A DNA stretch of 64,000 bases from Heterodontus francisci (GCF_036365525.1 NC_090383.1:12451384-12515383); one strand, 5' to 3'; counted from the first letter of the stretch, positions 23,725-36,120 are shown. Notes: generated from the letters alone by a model not told the origin. Translations and numbers: made by a program.

Positions 23725-25690
23725 ATTGTAGTAAAAGAGCAGTATGAAATATTAGATGTGATTAGCATAATGAGAGAGGAAGTACTAGAGGGTCTGACAT
23801 CCTTGATAGTGGATAAATCACCAGGGCCGGATGGATTGCATCCTGGTTGTTAAAAGAAGCCAGGGAGGAAATAGCAGATGCACTGCTATTGGATAGGGGT
23901 GAGGTGCCAAAGGATTGGAGGTCTGCGAACGTTATACCATTGTTTAAAAAGGGTGCGAGGGATAGGCCAAATAATTATTGGCCGGTCAGTCTGACTTCGG
24001 TGGTGGGTAAATTATTAGAATCATTTCTGAGGGACAGGATAAACTGCCACTTAGAAAGGCACAGACTGATCAGGGAAGGTCATGTCTTACTAACATAATT
24101 GAATTCTTTGAGGAAGTAACAAGGAGGAGTGATGAGGGTAGTGCAGTGGATGTGGTATGCATGGATCTTAGTAAGACATTTGACAAGGTCCCGTATGGCA
24201 GACTGGTCAGTAAAATGAAAGCCCATGGGATACAGAGGAGTGTCGCAGGTTGGATGCAAAATTGGCTCAGAGACAGGAAACAAAGGGCAGTAGTCGACGG
24301 ATGTTTTTGTGAATGGAAAGCTGTTTCCAGTAGCGTTCCACAGGGCTCAGTGTTGGGTCCCTTGATGGTTGTGGTATATATTAATGATTTGGACTTAAAA
24401 ATGGGAAGCGTGATTGGGAAATTTGCTGATGACACAAAAATTGGTTGTGTCGTTGATAGGGAAGAGGATAGCTGTAGTAGAGGCCTGCTATCCGACCCGA
24501 ACCCGACGACATTTGTCGGGTTAGGGTCGGGTCAGGCCCATCTTCAGGGTATGGCTTTCGGGCTCGGGTCGGGTCAGGGCGGGCCAAGTCCAAGTCAAGT
24601 TGGGCTGGACACACACGGTAAGTGCTCTGCTGGTAAGTATTGAAATGAAAAGACTTACCTGAGCTGGGAGTCCGGGACGAAACTGAGTCTGCGCCATGAG
24701 CGAGTGACATCACTATGACATCATCGCGCATGCACTGCAGCATCGTGAAGCTTCCCAGTTGGAAGGTAAGTGAAGGGATGGTCGGGTCGGGCCAAGTTGG
24801 GACAGGTTCGGGTCGGGCTCGGGTCCGCTGTGGTTCGGTCGGGTTCTTTTTTCCCAACCCGAGTAGGCCTCTAAGCTGTAGACTCCAGAATGATATCAAT
24901 GGTTCGGTTGAGTGGATGGAAAAGTGGCAAATGGAATTCAATCCGGAGAAGTGTGAGGTACTGCACTTGGGGACGGCATATTGAAAGGGTAGAAGAAGTA
25001 AGAGACCTTGGAGTGCATGTCCACAGGTCCCTGAAGGTGGCAGGACAGGTAGATAAGGTGGGGAAGAAGGCAGATGGAATGCTTTCCTTTATTGGCCGAG
25101 GTATAGAATACAAAAGCAGGAATGTAATGCTGGAACTGTATCAAAGGCTAGTTCGGCCACAGTAGGAGTATTGCGTACAGTTCTGGTCGCCACATTACAG
25201 GAAGGACATAGTTGCTCTGGAGAAAGTGCAGAGTAGATTTACAAGAATGTTGCCAGGACTTGAAAGTTGCAATATGAGATTGGATAGGCTAGGGTTGTTT
25301 TCCTTAGAACACAGGAGGCTGACGGGTGACTTAATTGAAGTGTACAAAATTATGAGGGGCCTATATAGAGTAGACAGGAAGGACCTGTTTCCCCTAGGTC
25401 AATTACGAGGGGGCACAGATTTAAGGTGTTTGGCAGAAGGATTAGAGGGGACGAGGAAAAACTTTTTCCCCCAGAGGGTGGTGGGTGTCTGGAATTCACT
25501 GCCAGGAATTGTGGTGGAGGCACGTTTCTTTTAAAACGTCCCTGGCGATGCACCTGAAGTGCTGTAACCTGCAAGGCTATGGACCAGGTGCCGGAAGGTG
25601 GAATCAGATTGGGCAGCTAGTATTTCAGCCGGCACGGATACAACAGGCTGAATGGCCTCCTTCTGTGCTGAAATTTTTCTATGGTTCTAG
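23725..25690 (+). mobile_element. CR1 LINE nested in the Harbinger element
   Basis: KSPGPDGLHP, NYWPVSLTSVVGKLLE, VPQGSVLGP, KFADDTKIG; tail ttctatggttcta. Confidence 0.93.
24478..24873. mobile_element. hAT-superfamily MITE (396 bp)
   Basis: TIRs TAGAGGCCTGCT / AGTAGGCCTCTA, perfect 8-bp TSD AGCTGTAG (24470-24477, 24874-24881), many TCGGG/CCCGA subterminal repeats. Confidence 0.9.
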
Positions 25691-26199
25691 ATTTTGTCAG
25701 TGATCACACTGCTGGAACAGAGGGTGGGCCATCATCAAGGTTGGGCTCTGAGGTCCATGAGTGACTCCGACAGAATTGGCACATCCTCAGGTACCCAGAC
25801 AGGTACAGCAACGTGTGAAGGAGGCAAGAGACAACCTCACAACGATTCGTTCACAGCCATCCTGGTGTCCATTCACAGAGAATGAAATAAAGGCTCACCT
25901 TAATGCCTGAACTCTGTCGTGTCCTTTCCATTTCTGGTCCTTGTCTTGCAGGCAGATGCAATGTGTGCTAGTGCCCACGGGAGAGCAAATATTAACGGGG
26001 GCTCTTAACACGTTGACATGTTAATGAGGACTGTGGTCACATTGGCATAGCCAGAGGGAAAAGGGTGAGGTTTACATCTCACAGTTAAATCATGATGGCA
26101 TATGGCTTTCAGACAATGAAGCCTAACGGTTTGAGGATCTTTTAATTATTTAACACCAAACGTTGATTCGACACCCGTGAAACCCAAAGTGTTGCTATG

Positions 26200-28310
26200 T
26201 GCTCTTTTCAATCCATTAGCAGGTGCTCCTATGCGGTGTGATCCCGGCAGCAGCTGCTGGGCTGGAGGTAGGCTGCTGATCAGACTGTCCCTTGGCCTGT
26301 GTTGTCTTTGGCAGGAGCCCTCTGGTTGCCTGAGGCCTGTAAGGCCTCAGCTGCATGGGTGTGTCCTGGACTGGTGCATGACTCTCCTCAGTCATCGTCG
26401 CTGCTGGAGCTGAGCTGAGGAGCCAATTACCACACTCAGAATGCCCTGAGGGGAACCCCCAGATGTGGCTGTCAGCCTCTCCTTCTCTCGTGAGCCTCCC
26501 TGCTCACCAGAGAAGGACCAGGAGCTGCAGAATCATCTGAGATGTTGTTCCTTCTCTCGCCTTGCTACTGCTGTGTCAAGCTCCTGGCCAAGGCAACGGC
26601 GTGCAGGTCAGCATGGATCTGCCTCTCCATGAGGGTTGGCAGTCTCTCGATGGAGGAAGCCATGTGCTCACAGGCCTTAGACATGGTAGCAGTCAAGACA
26701 TGGATGGACTCCTCCATTGTCCTCTCATGGTTGCGCAAGACCTCTGGCATCTCCACCAGATTTTGCCCTATCCCTCTCTGTAACTCCAGCATACCCTGTG
26801 CTGTCAACACCAGAGGCTCGTCATCATCCTGGGGCTCAGCATGGGCCTGGCTAGCCACACTCTTCCGACTGTCTGAGGACTTGGCTGTCTCAACCTCCGC
26901 AGCTGCTCGCGCACGTGTGGTGCCCTCGCCAGCTTGTGACCCTGATTCTAAAGCCAAGCAGTTACCCAAAAGGTGAAAGTATCTGCGCTGGTGGAGGGTG
27001 CAAGAGTGTATTGGGACAGTGCATCCTTTTTTTTTTGTTCTTTCATGGGATGTGGGCATCGCAGGCAAGGCCAGCATTTGTTGCCCATCCCTAATTGTCC
27101 TTGACAACTGAGTAGCTTGCTAGGCCATTTAAGAGGGCAGTTAAGATTCAACTACATTGCTGTGGGTCTGGAGTCACATGTAGGCCAGACCAGGTAAGGA
27201 CAGCAGATTTCCTCTCTAAAGGACATTAGTGAACCAGATAAGTTTTTACGAAAACCGATGATAGTTTCATGGCACCATTACTGAGACGAGCTTTTAATTT
27301 CAGATTTTTATTTATTAATTAATTGCATTTAAATTCCTCCAGTTGCTGTGGTGAAATTTGAACCTGTGTTCCCATGGCATTAGCCTGGGCCTCTGGATTA
27401 CTAGTTCAGCGATAGTACCACTACACTAGCACCTCCCCTCATGAGGTGGACAGCCGTCTCCCAGTGGCTGCAGATCCCTGCAAATGGCTACCTGTTGGAC
27501 AAAACACAGACATTCGTGGGCTAGACTGTGCAGCTCTCCTGATGCCTACCAAGTGTTATGTGCGTCTCCAACGGGAGATAATCCTCGCTGTCTTGCGGAG
27601 GGACTCCATTATCCCCCTCAGATATTGAGTGGCCGCCCTGGGTGCCCACCAGCTCCAAAGCCTCTTCCTAGGTAGAGGTAAATGGACGTACATCTGGGAA
27701 TCTTCCGCCTGACTGGGACATCTCCCTCCTATTATGGGCCCTCTTATCCTGCAAGAGGAAGGATGGAGATGGAAGACAATGGCACAGATATCAACATGAC
27801 AGTTCAGCTGTTTTCAGCCCCTCGTCCCCTACTGGGGAATCTGATGTCTCTCATGCCGACACTCGCTGTCATGGGAGTTAAGGGAAGTGAGCTATGAATG
27901 AAGGTGGCCTGTGGCCAAGAAACAGCCCAGCACCTGTCAGGAAGAGATAGAACCTAGCCACTCAGCCAACGCCACAGGACTGCTACCATCCTCATGTTGC
28001 GCAACCTCCCGCGTAGTGACGTGCAAGCCTCTAGAAGGTGACTGGTATGGAGCACTCATCTTGGCAGACACAGAAGGTCATTGCCCCTCTTCCTGCACTG
28101 GACCCAGATGCACTGGGTGTCCCCACAGCTGCTAACCTCCTCTGCAATCTCCACCCAGGTAAGCTTGGTCAGGTGGAAGGACGTCTTCTTGCCATTGTGG
28201 GGGAAGAAAACCTCCCGCCTTTCCCTGGCAGCCTGGAGGAGAATCTGCAGGGATGCATCACTGAGCTGTGGGGCCATCCTGTGTCTTTGCTCGGACATCA
28301 TCTTCTGCCC
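26200..28310 (-). pseudogene. Harbinger Myb/SANT-like DNA-binding protein gene, decayed
   Basis: RMAPQLSDASLQILLQAARERREVFFP...WVEIAEEVSS...WVQCRKRGNDL; second exon DKRAHNRREMSQSGG with in-frame stop; coiled-coil-like 3' exon. Confidence 0.8.
27026..27439 (-). mobile_element. tRNA-derived SINE sharing body and tail with LINE family X
   Basis: Minus head GGGGAGGTGCTAGTGTAGTGG...GGTTCAAAT (A/B boxes); last ~75 nt equal the family X 3' end. Confidence 0.85.
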
Positions 28311-29029
28311 TCCTCGGAGATTGGGTGAGATACAGGACCCAGTCGGACAAAGTTGTAGTTGCATCAATCTGACAATGTATCCAGGACAGGAGTGAACGCA
28401 GGCCCTTAAATATGGCGCCAGCACTGGCTCCGGAGTCATCTGATGCCATAATCAATGACTTGCCTCCTTTCCCCATGTCACGTGATTGGGGGGGGGACCC
28501 GCGCCTCCCCTATGCAAAATGGGCTCCCACCCAACAATTGTGATGGGACAGGCACCCATGTGACGGACAGGAATGACACCATTAATTCAGCCCTTAATCT
28601 GGTAGTTTCAACTGCAGAGTTATGAATACCATATTTCTGTTACAATGAAGGGTTTACTTGCCTGCTGTGATGTTGCTGGAAAATCGACTGTTTCTCTGAA
28701 TTTTCTCTGTAGTTGCAATAGGAGATCAAAAGTAACCCCAGACAATTTCTAGGCATTGGAGCTTTTGGTTATTGAGATTGGCAGTAATCCCCGATGTAAA
28801 GCACTTTGGGATGTCCTGAAGTTGTGCAGGGCGCGATATAAATGCAAGTTCTTGCTTTCTTTCTTTCTGACTTGAGTCTTGTAGGTATTGGAGAGGCTCT
28901 GAGGGGTCTAGAGATGAGCTACTCATTGCAGAGCAGCCAACTTCTACTTGGCTCCTGTAGCCATGCTACTAACATGGCTGGTGCAATCTAACCTTGAGTC
29001 AATGGTGTCCCTTAAGACATTGTTGGTGA

Positions 29030-31678
29030 GTCCTTGATAAATTCTCCTCTGTTCTTAGCTCTCAGCAGGATAGGCCCTTGAGTATTTGGACCATAGACGG
29101 TCTTCACAGCACAAAAGAACCCACATATGTTCTGGTTGTCTGCAAGCTGTTGGATCTCCCGTGCTCTTTCCATCCCCCATTTGCTCTTTATGTCCCGCTG
29201 GAGGGAACATTTCAAAGAGCTGCTCATCTGAGACTCTGGCCAGGATTTTACCAGCCCTCTGGAGACTGGCTGGATGGCAGGAAGGCAGAATCGGAAAGGA
29301 AGACCTATGTGTTTCCGCTGCTACGGGATATTTCAAGAGGCGGGAATGGCAGTGGCTCAGCCACCCACTGACTGGAGGTGGGCGGCTAATTAATCCAATT
29401 AACTGGCCTATTAATGGTCTTTTATGCCCCGCCGGCATTTTCCCGCTGCGTGGGGAGGCCGCCAGGTACATCGAGGCAGCCTCCCGGGTGGGGGACCTTC
29501 CTTCCTGGAGGCCCCATGAGCAACAGAGGTGCCCTTTGGCAGCAATGGCCCCTCTTGCAGCTCTGATGCTGCCACTGGAGGGTTCGTCCCTCTAATTACC
29601 AGAGCTCGCCCGCCTAGCGGCGGAATACAAGAAAATTTCTTACCTGGCCTTCGAAGGCACTTCCCCCTGCAGCCTCAGCAGCGACCACTTCTATCCATGG
29701 AGCTGCCCAGGCTGCTGATCTGCCAGCCCTGATTGGGCCAGAAGCTCGGAGAGACAGGCCTTAATTGGATGGCGGTCCGGTCGGCACCCTCTTAAAATTT
29801 TACCGGCTGCTGCCGGTAAAAACCCCTCCGCGGTCTAGCTATTCGCTCGCACTTGGGCTCGGGACCCGCATTTGGTCCTGGCAGCGGGACACACGGCATG
29901 CTGGTAAAATTCCAGCCTCTTTGACCCAAGTATCCTCAACGCCATCCCTCAGTACACTTCCTGGCTTAGTCTCCGCACTACCCCGGTCCAGAATGAAGTT
30001 GAAAAAGCCATTCACCGGCTGAAAAGCAACAAGGCCTCTGGAGCAGACAGAATCCCTGCCAAAATCCTAAAACACAGCAGAGATACACTCCTGGCGTGAT
30101 TGCACCACCTCATATCCCTGATCTGGGAGGTTCAGCATGTGCCAGGGGATCTCAAGGACACTGTAATTGTGAACATCTTCAAGAAAGGAGATAAGTCCAA
30201 TTGGAGTAATTACAGGAGAGTCTCCCTGCTGTCTGCCACAGGAAAGATCATTGCAAGGATCCTCCTCAGCCGTCACAATGTGGATTTCACCCATTAGAGG
30301 CACTACAGATATGATCTCCACTGCGTGGCAAATCCAGGAAAAATGCAGGGAGCAGCATCAACTGCTGTACATGGCCTTTTTTGACCTCACAAAAGTCTTT
30401 GACTCCTTCAATTGTGAGGGGTTGCTGGAGAATCCTCCTCAAATTTGGCTGCCTTCAGAAATTTGTCATCATCCTTCAAGTACTGCATGATGATATGCAA
30501 GCTGTGATCCTTACTAACGGGACCACCGGAGACCCTATCTCAGTGACGACTGGGGTCAAACAAGGCTTGGTCATCACACCCTCTGCTCCATCTTCCTCGC
30601 CACAATTCTGCACCTCACCTCCAGCAAGCTCCCCAGAGTGAAGGTAACCCACAGGATGGATGGCAAATTATTCAACCTTCATAACCTCCATTCCAAGACT
30701 AAGGTCACTGCAACCTCAATCATTGAGCTTCAGTATGCAGACAACGTTTGTGTATGTGCGCACTTGGAGACTGAGCTCCAAGTCGTCGTTGACTCCTTCG
30801 ATGAAGCATATGAGAGGATGGGCCTTACTTTAAACACCTGTAAAACTAAAGTTCTCTTCTAACCCGCTCCCACAGCACATCACCCTCCCCCCCTCCCCCC
30901 CCACCCCGATAAAGATCCATGGCGAGACCCTGGAAAACATGGACCACTTTCCATATCTCAGAAGTCTCCTCTCAACGAAGGCAGACTTAGATGATGAACT
31001 CCACCACTGCCTCCAATGTGCCAGTTTAGCCTTCAGCTGACTGAGGAAAAGAGTATTTGAGAACCAGGACTAAGGTCATGGTTTACAGGGCAGCAGCAAT
31101 TCCTGCGCTCCTAGATGCTTCAAAGATTTGGACAATCTACAGCAGGCACCTCAAGGCAATAGAGAAATACCACCAACACTGTCTCTGCAAAATCCTTCAA
31201 GTTCATTGGCAGGATAAGCAGTCTAATGTCAGCATCCTCTCCCAAGCCAACATTTCTAGCTTTGCTGGGCAGTCACATCATTCACATGCCAGATGCCAGG
31301 CTCCTGAAACAACTGCTCTACTCCAAACTTTGTCATGGCAAGAGACTCCAATGCAGAGAAAACGCTTTAGGGATCCAACATACCCACTGATTCATGGGAA
31401 TCCTTGGCTTGCAACTCTCCAAATGGAAAAGCAGCATTCGGGAAGACACCAAGCACCTGAAACGTCTTCAGCGGGACACACGAAGGCCATGTCCAGACAG
31501 TGGAATGAGCTCACAGCCCCTCAAGCAACTCATCTACCCGATCTTCAAGCACCACCTGACCCACATGTGGTAGAATCTTCGGATCGCACATCGGACTCGT
31601 TAGCCATCTTAGAACGCACTGAACTGGAGTGAAAGCACTTCATCCTCGATCCAGAGGGACTGCCTAAGATGATGATGG
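29030..31678 (+). mobile_element. RTE-clade LINE, decayed, with inverted 5' segment (29030-29190)
   Basis: RWREHF, KASGADRIP, NYRRVSLLS, MAFFDLTKVFDS, GVKQG, LQYADNV; tail gactgcctaagatgatgatg; inserted in a family X fragment. Confidence 0.88.
29238..29917. mobile_element. Harbinger-like MITE inside the RTE
   Basis: TIRs GGCCAGGATTTTACCAGC / GCTGGTAAAATTCCAGCC, 3-bp TSD TCT. Confidence 0.8.
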
Positions 31679-32357
31679 CATGGGATTTGGTGATTAGCCA
31701 TTGAAGGTCAGGGGGAAATGGTTGGTGCTTTGCTTAATAGAGATGGTCATTACTTGGCATTTATATGGCACAAATGTACCTGCTACTTGTCAGCCCATAT
31801 TCTACTTTACTGAGTGTGTATTTTCAAGACTAAATTTTTCCTTTACTATGTCCTAAAGTTGATAACAAATCTTTCATTTTAAGGGGTTGTTACTGCTGTC
31901 TCACTGAAAATATCCAAAATTGCAACAATTGCTTTAAATCTGTGAACAATGTATTTTTTCTATCAACATCAGGAAAATATTAGGAGTCAAAGTTCTGGGT
32001 AAAGATAAGTAGAGCATATCGCAAACCCAATTTGAGTACCCAAAGCAAAGTTTACTTTTCAGAGTGAAATATACTACAGATTTTTCACTAATTCATGTGA
32101 CTACTTGGATGAGTCCCAAAAGATCTACACTGAGAGGTAGAAAGGTCATGAAAAAAAATCACTATAAGTAATAATTTTCACACATGTATCTCAACAATTT
32201 CGCAATAAGCAAGAAGTTTGGAGCTTTTTGCTCCATTTTGCTCAATAATCTTACTAAAATTTATCCCTTAGTTGCTTACCAGCAAATAAGCCCAGATTTC
32301 ACAATAAGGTAAGACAAAACACTGGACTTTGGGTTAGTACAGCAATGCTAACTTTAC

Positions 32358-32692
32358 CTGGATGATGTTGGGGCTTTTGAAATCCAGCAAAAATGTCTGA
32401 CTGCTGCCTTTGAACTGTTTGCACCTCCTTATTATTTGCTGTATTGCATGGACATTTTACATATTTCTGAGGAATGGTTCCTATTTTCTTTGGTATGTTG
32501 TTACTGTAATGTCTTCTTTCTGTTAAATGTACTTTGAAAATTATTTTACCTTGTCCCAAACTGGTGACTGTATTTATGATCTCAGAGTGATTTCACCCTC
32601 CACTGCGGCATTTTTGACAATCAAGAGGACATATGCTCGCCACTAAAATTCTTTTTGCAACTCCCATATTGTGTAGAGAGACATCAGAATCT
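32358..32692 (-). CDS. Putative exon of divergent gene; one in-frame TGA (32593-32595), alternative acceptor at 32519
   Basis: Acceptor tttgtctttctcag|, donor cag|gtaaag; ~111-codon frame with a single stop; ends in phase 1. Confidence 0.35.
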
Positions 32693-32769
32693 CTGAGAAA
32701 GACAAATTCCATAAGTTGCATTGCTCACTCAAAATTACACTTAATAAAACATTTGATATCGTGGGTAGT

Positions 32770-35115
32770 GTTTGCAGCAGGGGCCAAAAACAATGGCTCA
32801 GTCTTCCCGATATTTAATTGGGGGAAATTTCTGCTCATCCAGTACTAGATGTCGGATAAGCGGTCTAATAACTTAGCAATAGTGGCGGAGTCGAGAGTAA
32901 TTGTGGTGAGGTAAAGCTGAGTGTCATTAGCATACATGTGAAAATTAACACTGTGCTTCTGGATGATTTCGCCAAGGGACAGCATGTAGATGAGAAAAAG
33001 GAGGGGGTTAAGGATAGATCCTTGGGAGACACTGGAGATAATGGTCTAGGAGCAGGAAGAGAAGCCATTGAAAAAATGATTCTCTGGCTATGATTAGATA
33101 GATAAGAATGGAACCAGGTGAGAACAGTCCCACCCAGCTGGACAACAGTGGAAAGGCATTGGAGGAGGATGGTGTGGCCAAGCATGTCAAAGATTGCAGA
33201 CAGGTCGAGAAGGACAAGGAGGGATAGTTTCCCTTTGTCACAGTCACATAGGATGTCATTTGTGTATTGATGAGCTGTTTCAGTACTGTGGCAGGGGCAG
33301 AAACCTGATTGGATGGATTCAAATATGGAGTTCCAGGAAAGATGGAGAATGGATTTGGAAGGTGACAACCCGTTCAAAGGACTTCAGAGAGGAAAGGAAG
33401 GTTGGGGATGGGACGTTAGTTTGCAAAGGTGGTGGGGTCAAGGACTTTTTTTTTTGAGGAGGTGGTGATGACAGCAGATTTAAAGGCGAGGGTGACAATG
33501 CCTGAACAGAGAGAACCATTTACAATATCGGTTAACATGGGAACAGGCAGGGAAAGATGGTGATCAGCAGTTTAGTGGGAATAGGATCGATGGAGCAGGA
33601 GATGGGTCTCATGGAGAAGATGAGATTAGAGAGCGCATATGGGAAGATAAAAGATAAACTCGAGAAAGATGCGAGTTCTGGGCTAGGGCAGGGAGCATTA
33701 TAGGAAGTTTGGCCAGGTGGGCTAGTAGAAGGGACACACCAGGGCAACTGATCGAATGGTCTTGATCTTAGTGACGAAGAAGTCCATGAGCTGCTCGCAC
33801 TTATTGTTGGAGGGGATGGGGAGAGTTCCAAACTCCGTTCCCGAGCTAACTACTCCATCTCTCTCCCTGACAACAATCTGAGATTAAGCCCGTCTGTTCG
33901 CAACCTGGGTGTCAAATTTGACCCCAAGGTGAAATTCCAACCTCATATTCGTGCCATCACTAAGACCACCTCCGTAACATTGCCTGACTTCACTCCTATC
34001 TCAGCTCATCTGCTGCTTTTTTTCATTCATTCATGGGATGTGGGCATCACTGGCTATGCCAACATTTATTGCCCATTCCTAATTGCCCTTGAGAAGGTGG
34101 TGGTGAGCCACCTTCTTGAACTGCTGCAGTCAATCCTGTGTAGGTACACCCACAGTGCTGTTAGGAAGGGAGTTCCAGGATTTTGACCAAGTGACAGTGA
34201 AGGAATGGCGATATAGTTCCAAGTCAGGATGGTGTGTGGCTTGTAGGGGAACTTGCAGGTGGTGGTGTTCCCATGCAACTGCTGTCCTTGTCCTACTAGG
34301 TGGTCGAGGTCGTGGGTTTGGAAGGTGCTGTCTAAAGGAGCCTTGGTGCATTGCTGCAGTGCATCTTGTAGCTGGTACACACGACTGGCACTGTGCATCG
34401 GTGGTGGAGGGAGTGCATGTTTGTAGATGGGGTGCCCATCAAGCGGGCTGCTTTGTCCTGGATGGTGTCAATCTTCTTGAGTGTTGTTGGAGCTGCACCC
34501 AACCAGGCAAATGGAGAGTATTCCATCACACTCCTGACTTGTGCCTTGTGAAACCTTCATTTATACCTGTTACCTCTAGACTTGACTACTCCAACACACT
34601 CCTGGCTGGTCTCCCACATTCTCTACGTAAACCTGTGGTCATCCAAAGCTCTGCTGCCCGTGTCTTAACTCGCACCAAGTCCATTCCCCTATCATCCCTG
34701 TGCTCGCTGACCTACACTGGTTCCCGGTCAAGCAATGTCTTGATTTTAAAAATTCTCATTCTTGTTTTCAAATCCCTCATGGCCATGCCCCTCCCTATCT
34801 CTGTAAGCTGCTCCACAACCCTCCCAGATATCTGCACTCCTCTAATTCAGGCCTCTTGTCCCATCCCTGATTTTGGTGGCCGTGCCTTCAGTTGCTTCGG
34901 TCCCAAGCTCTGTAATACCCTCCCTACACCTCTCCACCTCGCTTTCCTCCTTTAGGACATTCCTTAAAACCTATCTCTTTGACCAAGCTTTTGGTCATCT
35001 CACCTAATATCTCCTTTTGTGGCTCAATCATTCTTTGTTTTATAATGCTCCTGTGAAGCGCCTTGGGATGTTTTATTATGTTAAAGGCACTATATAAATA
35101 CAAGTTGCTGCTGTT
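32770..35115 (+). mobile_element. L2 LINE with inverted 5' segment (32770-33826 minus; 33827-35115 plus)
   Basis: ESIQSGFCPCHSTETA, LLDLSAIFD on minus; TSRLDYSNTLLAGLP and L2 tail on plus. Confidence 0.85.
34018..34549 (-). mobile_element. LINE family X 3' fragment nested in L2
   Basis: MEYSPFAWLGAAPTTLKKIDTIQDKAARL; shared 3' end. Confidence 0.88.
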
Positions 35116-35282
35116 GTAATGTTTCTCAAGCACATATCTTCCTCCCTAGGCTGCCAAAGTTGAAATTCCTTTTGCTGCTACTCTTTGATTTTTTCCTACC
35201 AACAACAACTTAAGACTTTGGTGCAGTCAGAGTTGTTAATTGTATATCATTTAGGTGTTAATTGTACTCAAGGGGTGTGCAT

Positions 35283-35308
35283 TATATATATATATATATA
35301 TATATATA
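35283..35308. repeat. (TA)n microsatellite
   Basis: Direct reading; lies within a possible short solo-LTR-like remnant (about 35233-35448). Confidence 0.9.
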
Positions 35309-35499
35309 GGTGCAGACTGAAAGAGGGGTTGTTGGTGGTTGGAGGTGCATGATATGCAATGTGTGTCTCTGTACGTAAAAGCGTACAACTGCAAAAGACT
35401 AGGGTCCAGTGTTCCATTCTTCACTGCCTGGCTATCTAAGTTCTAAAAAGAATCCAGTTGAATCTTTTGTATGGTTCCTTCCTTCTCTTATCATCTAAC

Positions 35500-36120
35500 A
35501 ACAGTAGTAAATGTAGTAATATGTCTCAAGTTGCTTCACATGAGTGGTTATCAAACAAAATTTGATATCAAACCACATAAGGAAATATTAGGACCTAAAG
35601 CTTGGTCAAAGAGGTAGGTTTTGAGAAGCGTCTTAAAGGAGAAGAGAGAGGCATAGAGGCACAGATGCTTAGGGAGGAAATTCCAGATCTTAGGACCTAG
35701 GCAGCCGAAGGCATGACTGCTAATGGTGCAGTTAAAGAAAATCAGGACGTGCAAGGGGCCAGAACTGGAGGAGAGTGGAGATCTGTGGGTTGCAGGGCTG
35801 AAGGAGGTTACAGAGATAAGGAGGGGTGAGCTCATGGAGGGACTTGACAAACAGGATGTTAGCTTTAAATTCGAGGCATTGCCAACAAGCAGAGTGATGA
35901 TGGGTAAATGGGACTTTGTGTGATTTGAGATACGGGCAGCAGAGTTTTAGATGAGCTCAAATTTACAAAGGGTTCAAAGTGAGAGGCCAGCCAGAAAGGC
36001 ATTGGAATAGTCACGTCTAATGGTAACAAAGGCATGGATGAGAGATTCAACAGTAGATGAGCTGAAGCAGAGGCAGAGACAAGCAATATTATGGAAATGG
36101 AAGTAGATGGTCTTACCTAA
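35500..36120 (-). mobile_element. L2 3' fragment
   Basis: ESLIHAFVTIRRDYSNAFLAGL, FKTLLKTYLFDQA. Confidence 0.85.

Larger units (their letters stand above)
23622..28593. mobile_element. Defective PIF/Harbinger transposon
   Basis: TIRs GGGCTGGATTTT / TTAATTCAGCCC, TTA on both flanks (23619-23621, 28594-28596); Myb/SANT gene on minus strand; possible transposase C-terminal remnant near 25.7-25.86 kb on plus. Confidence 0.75.
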
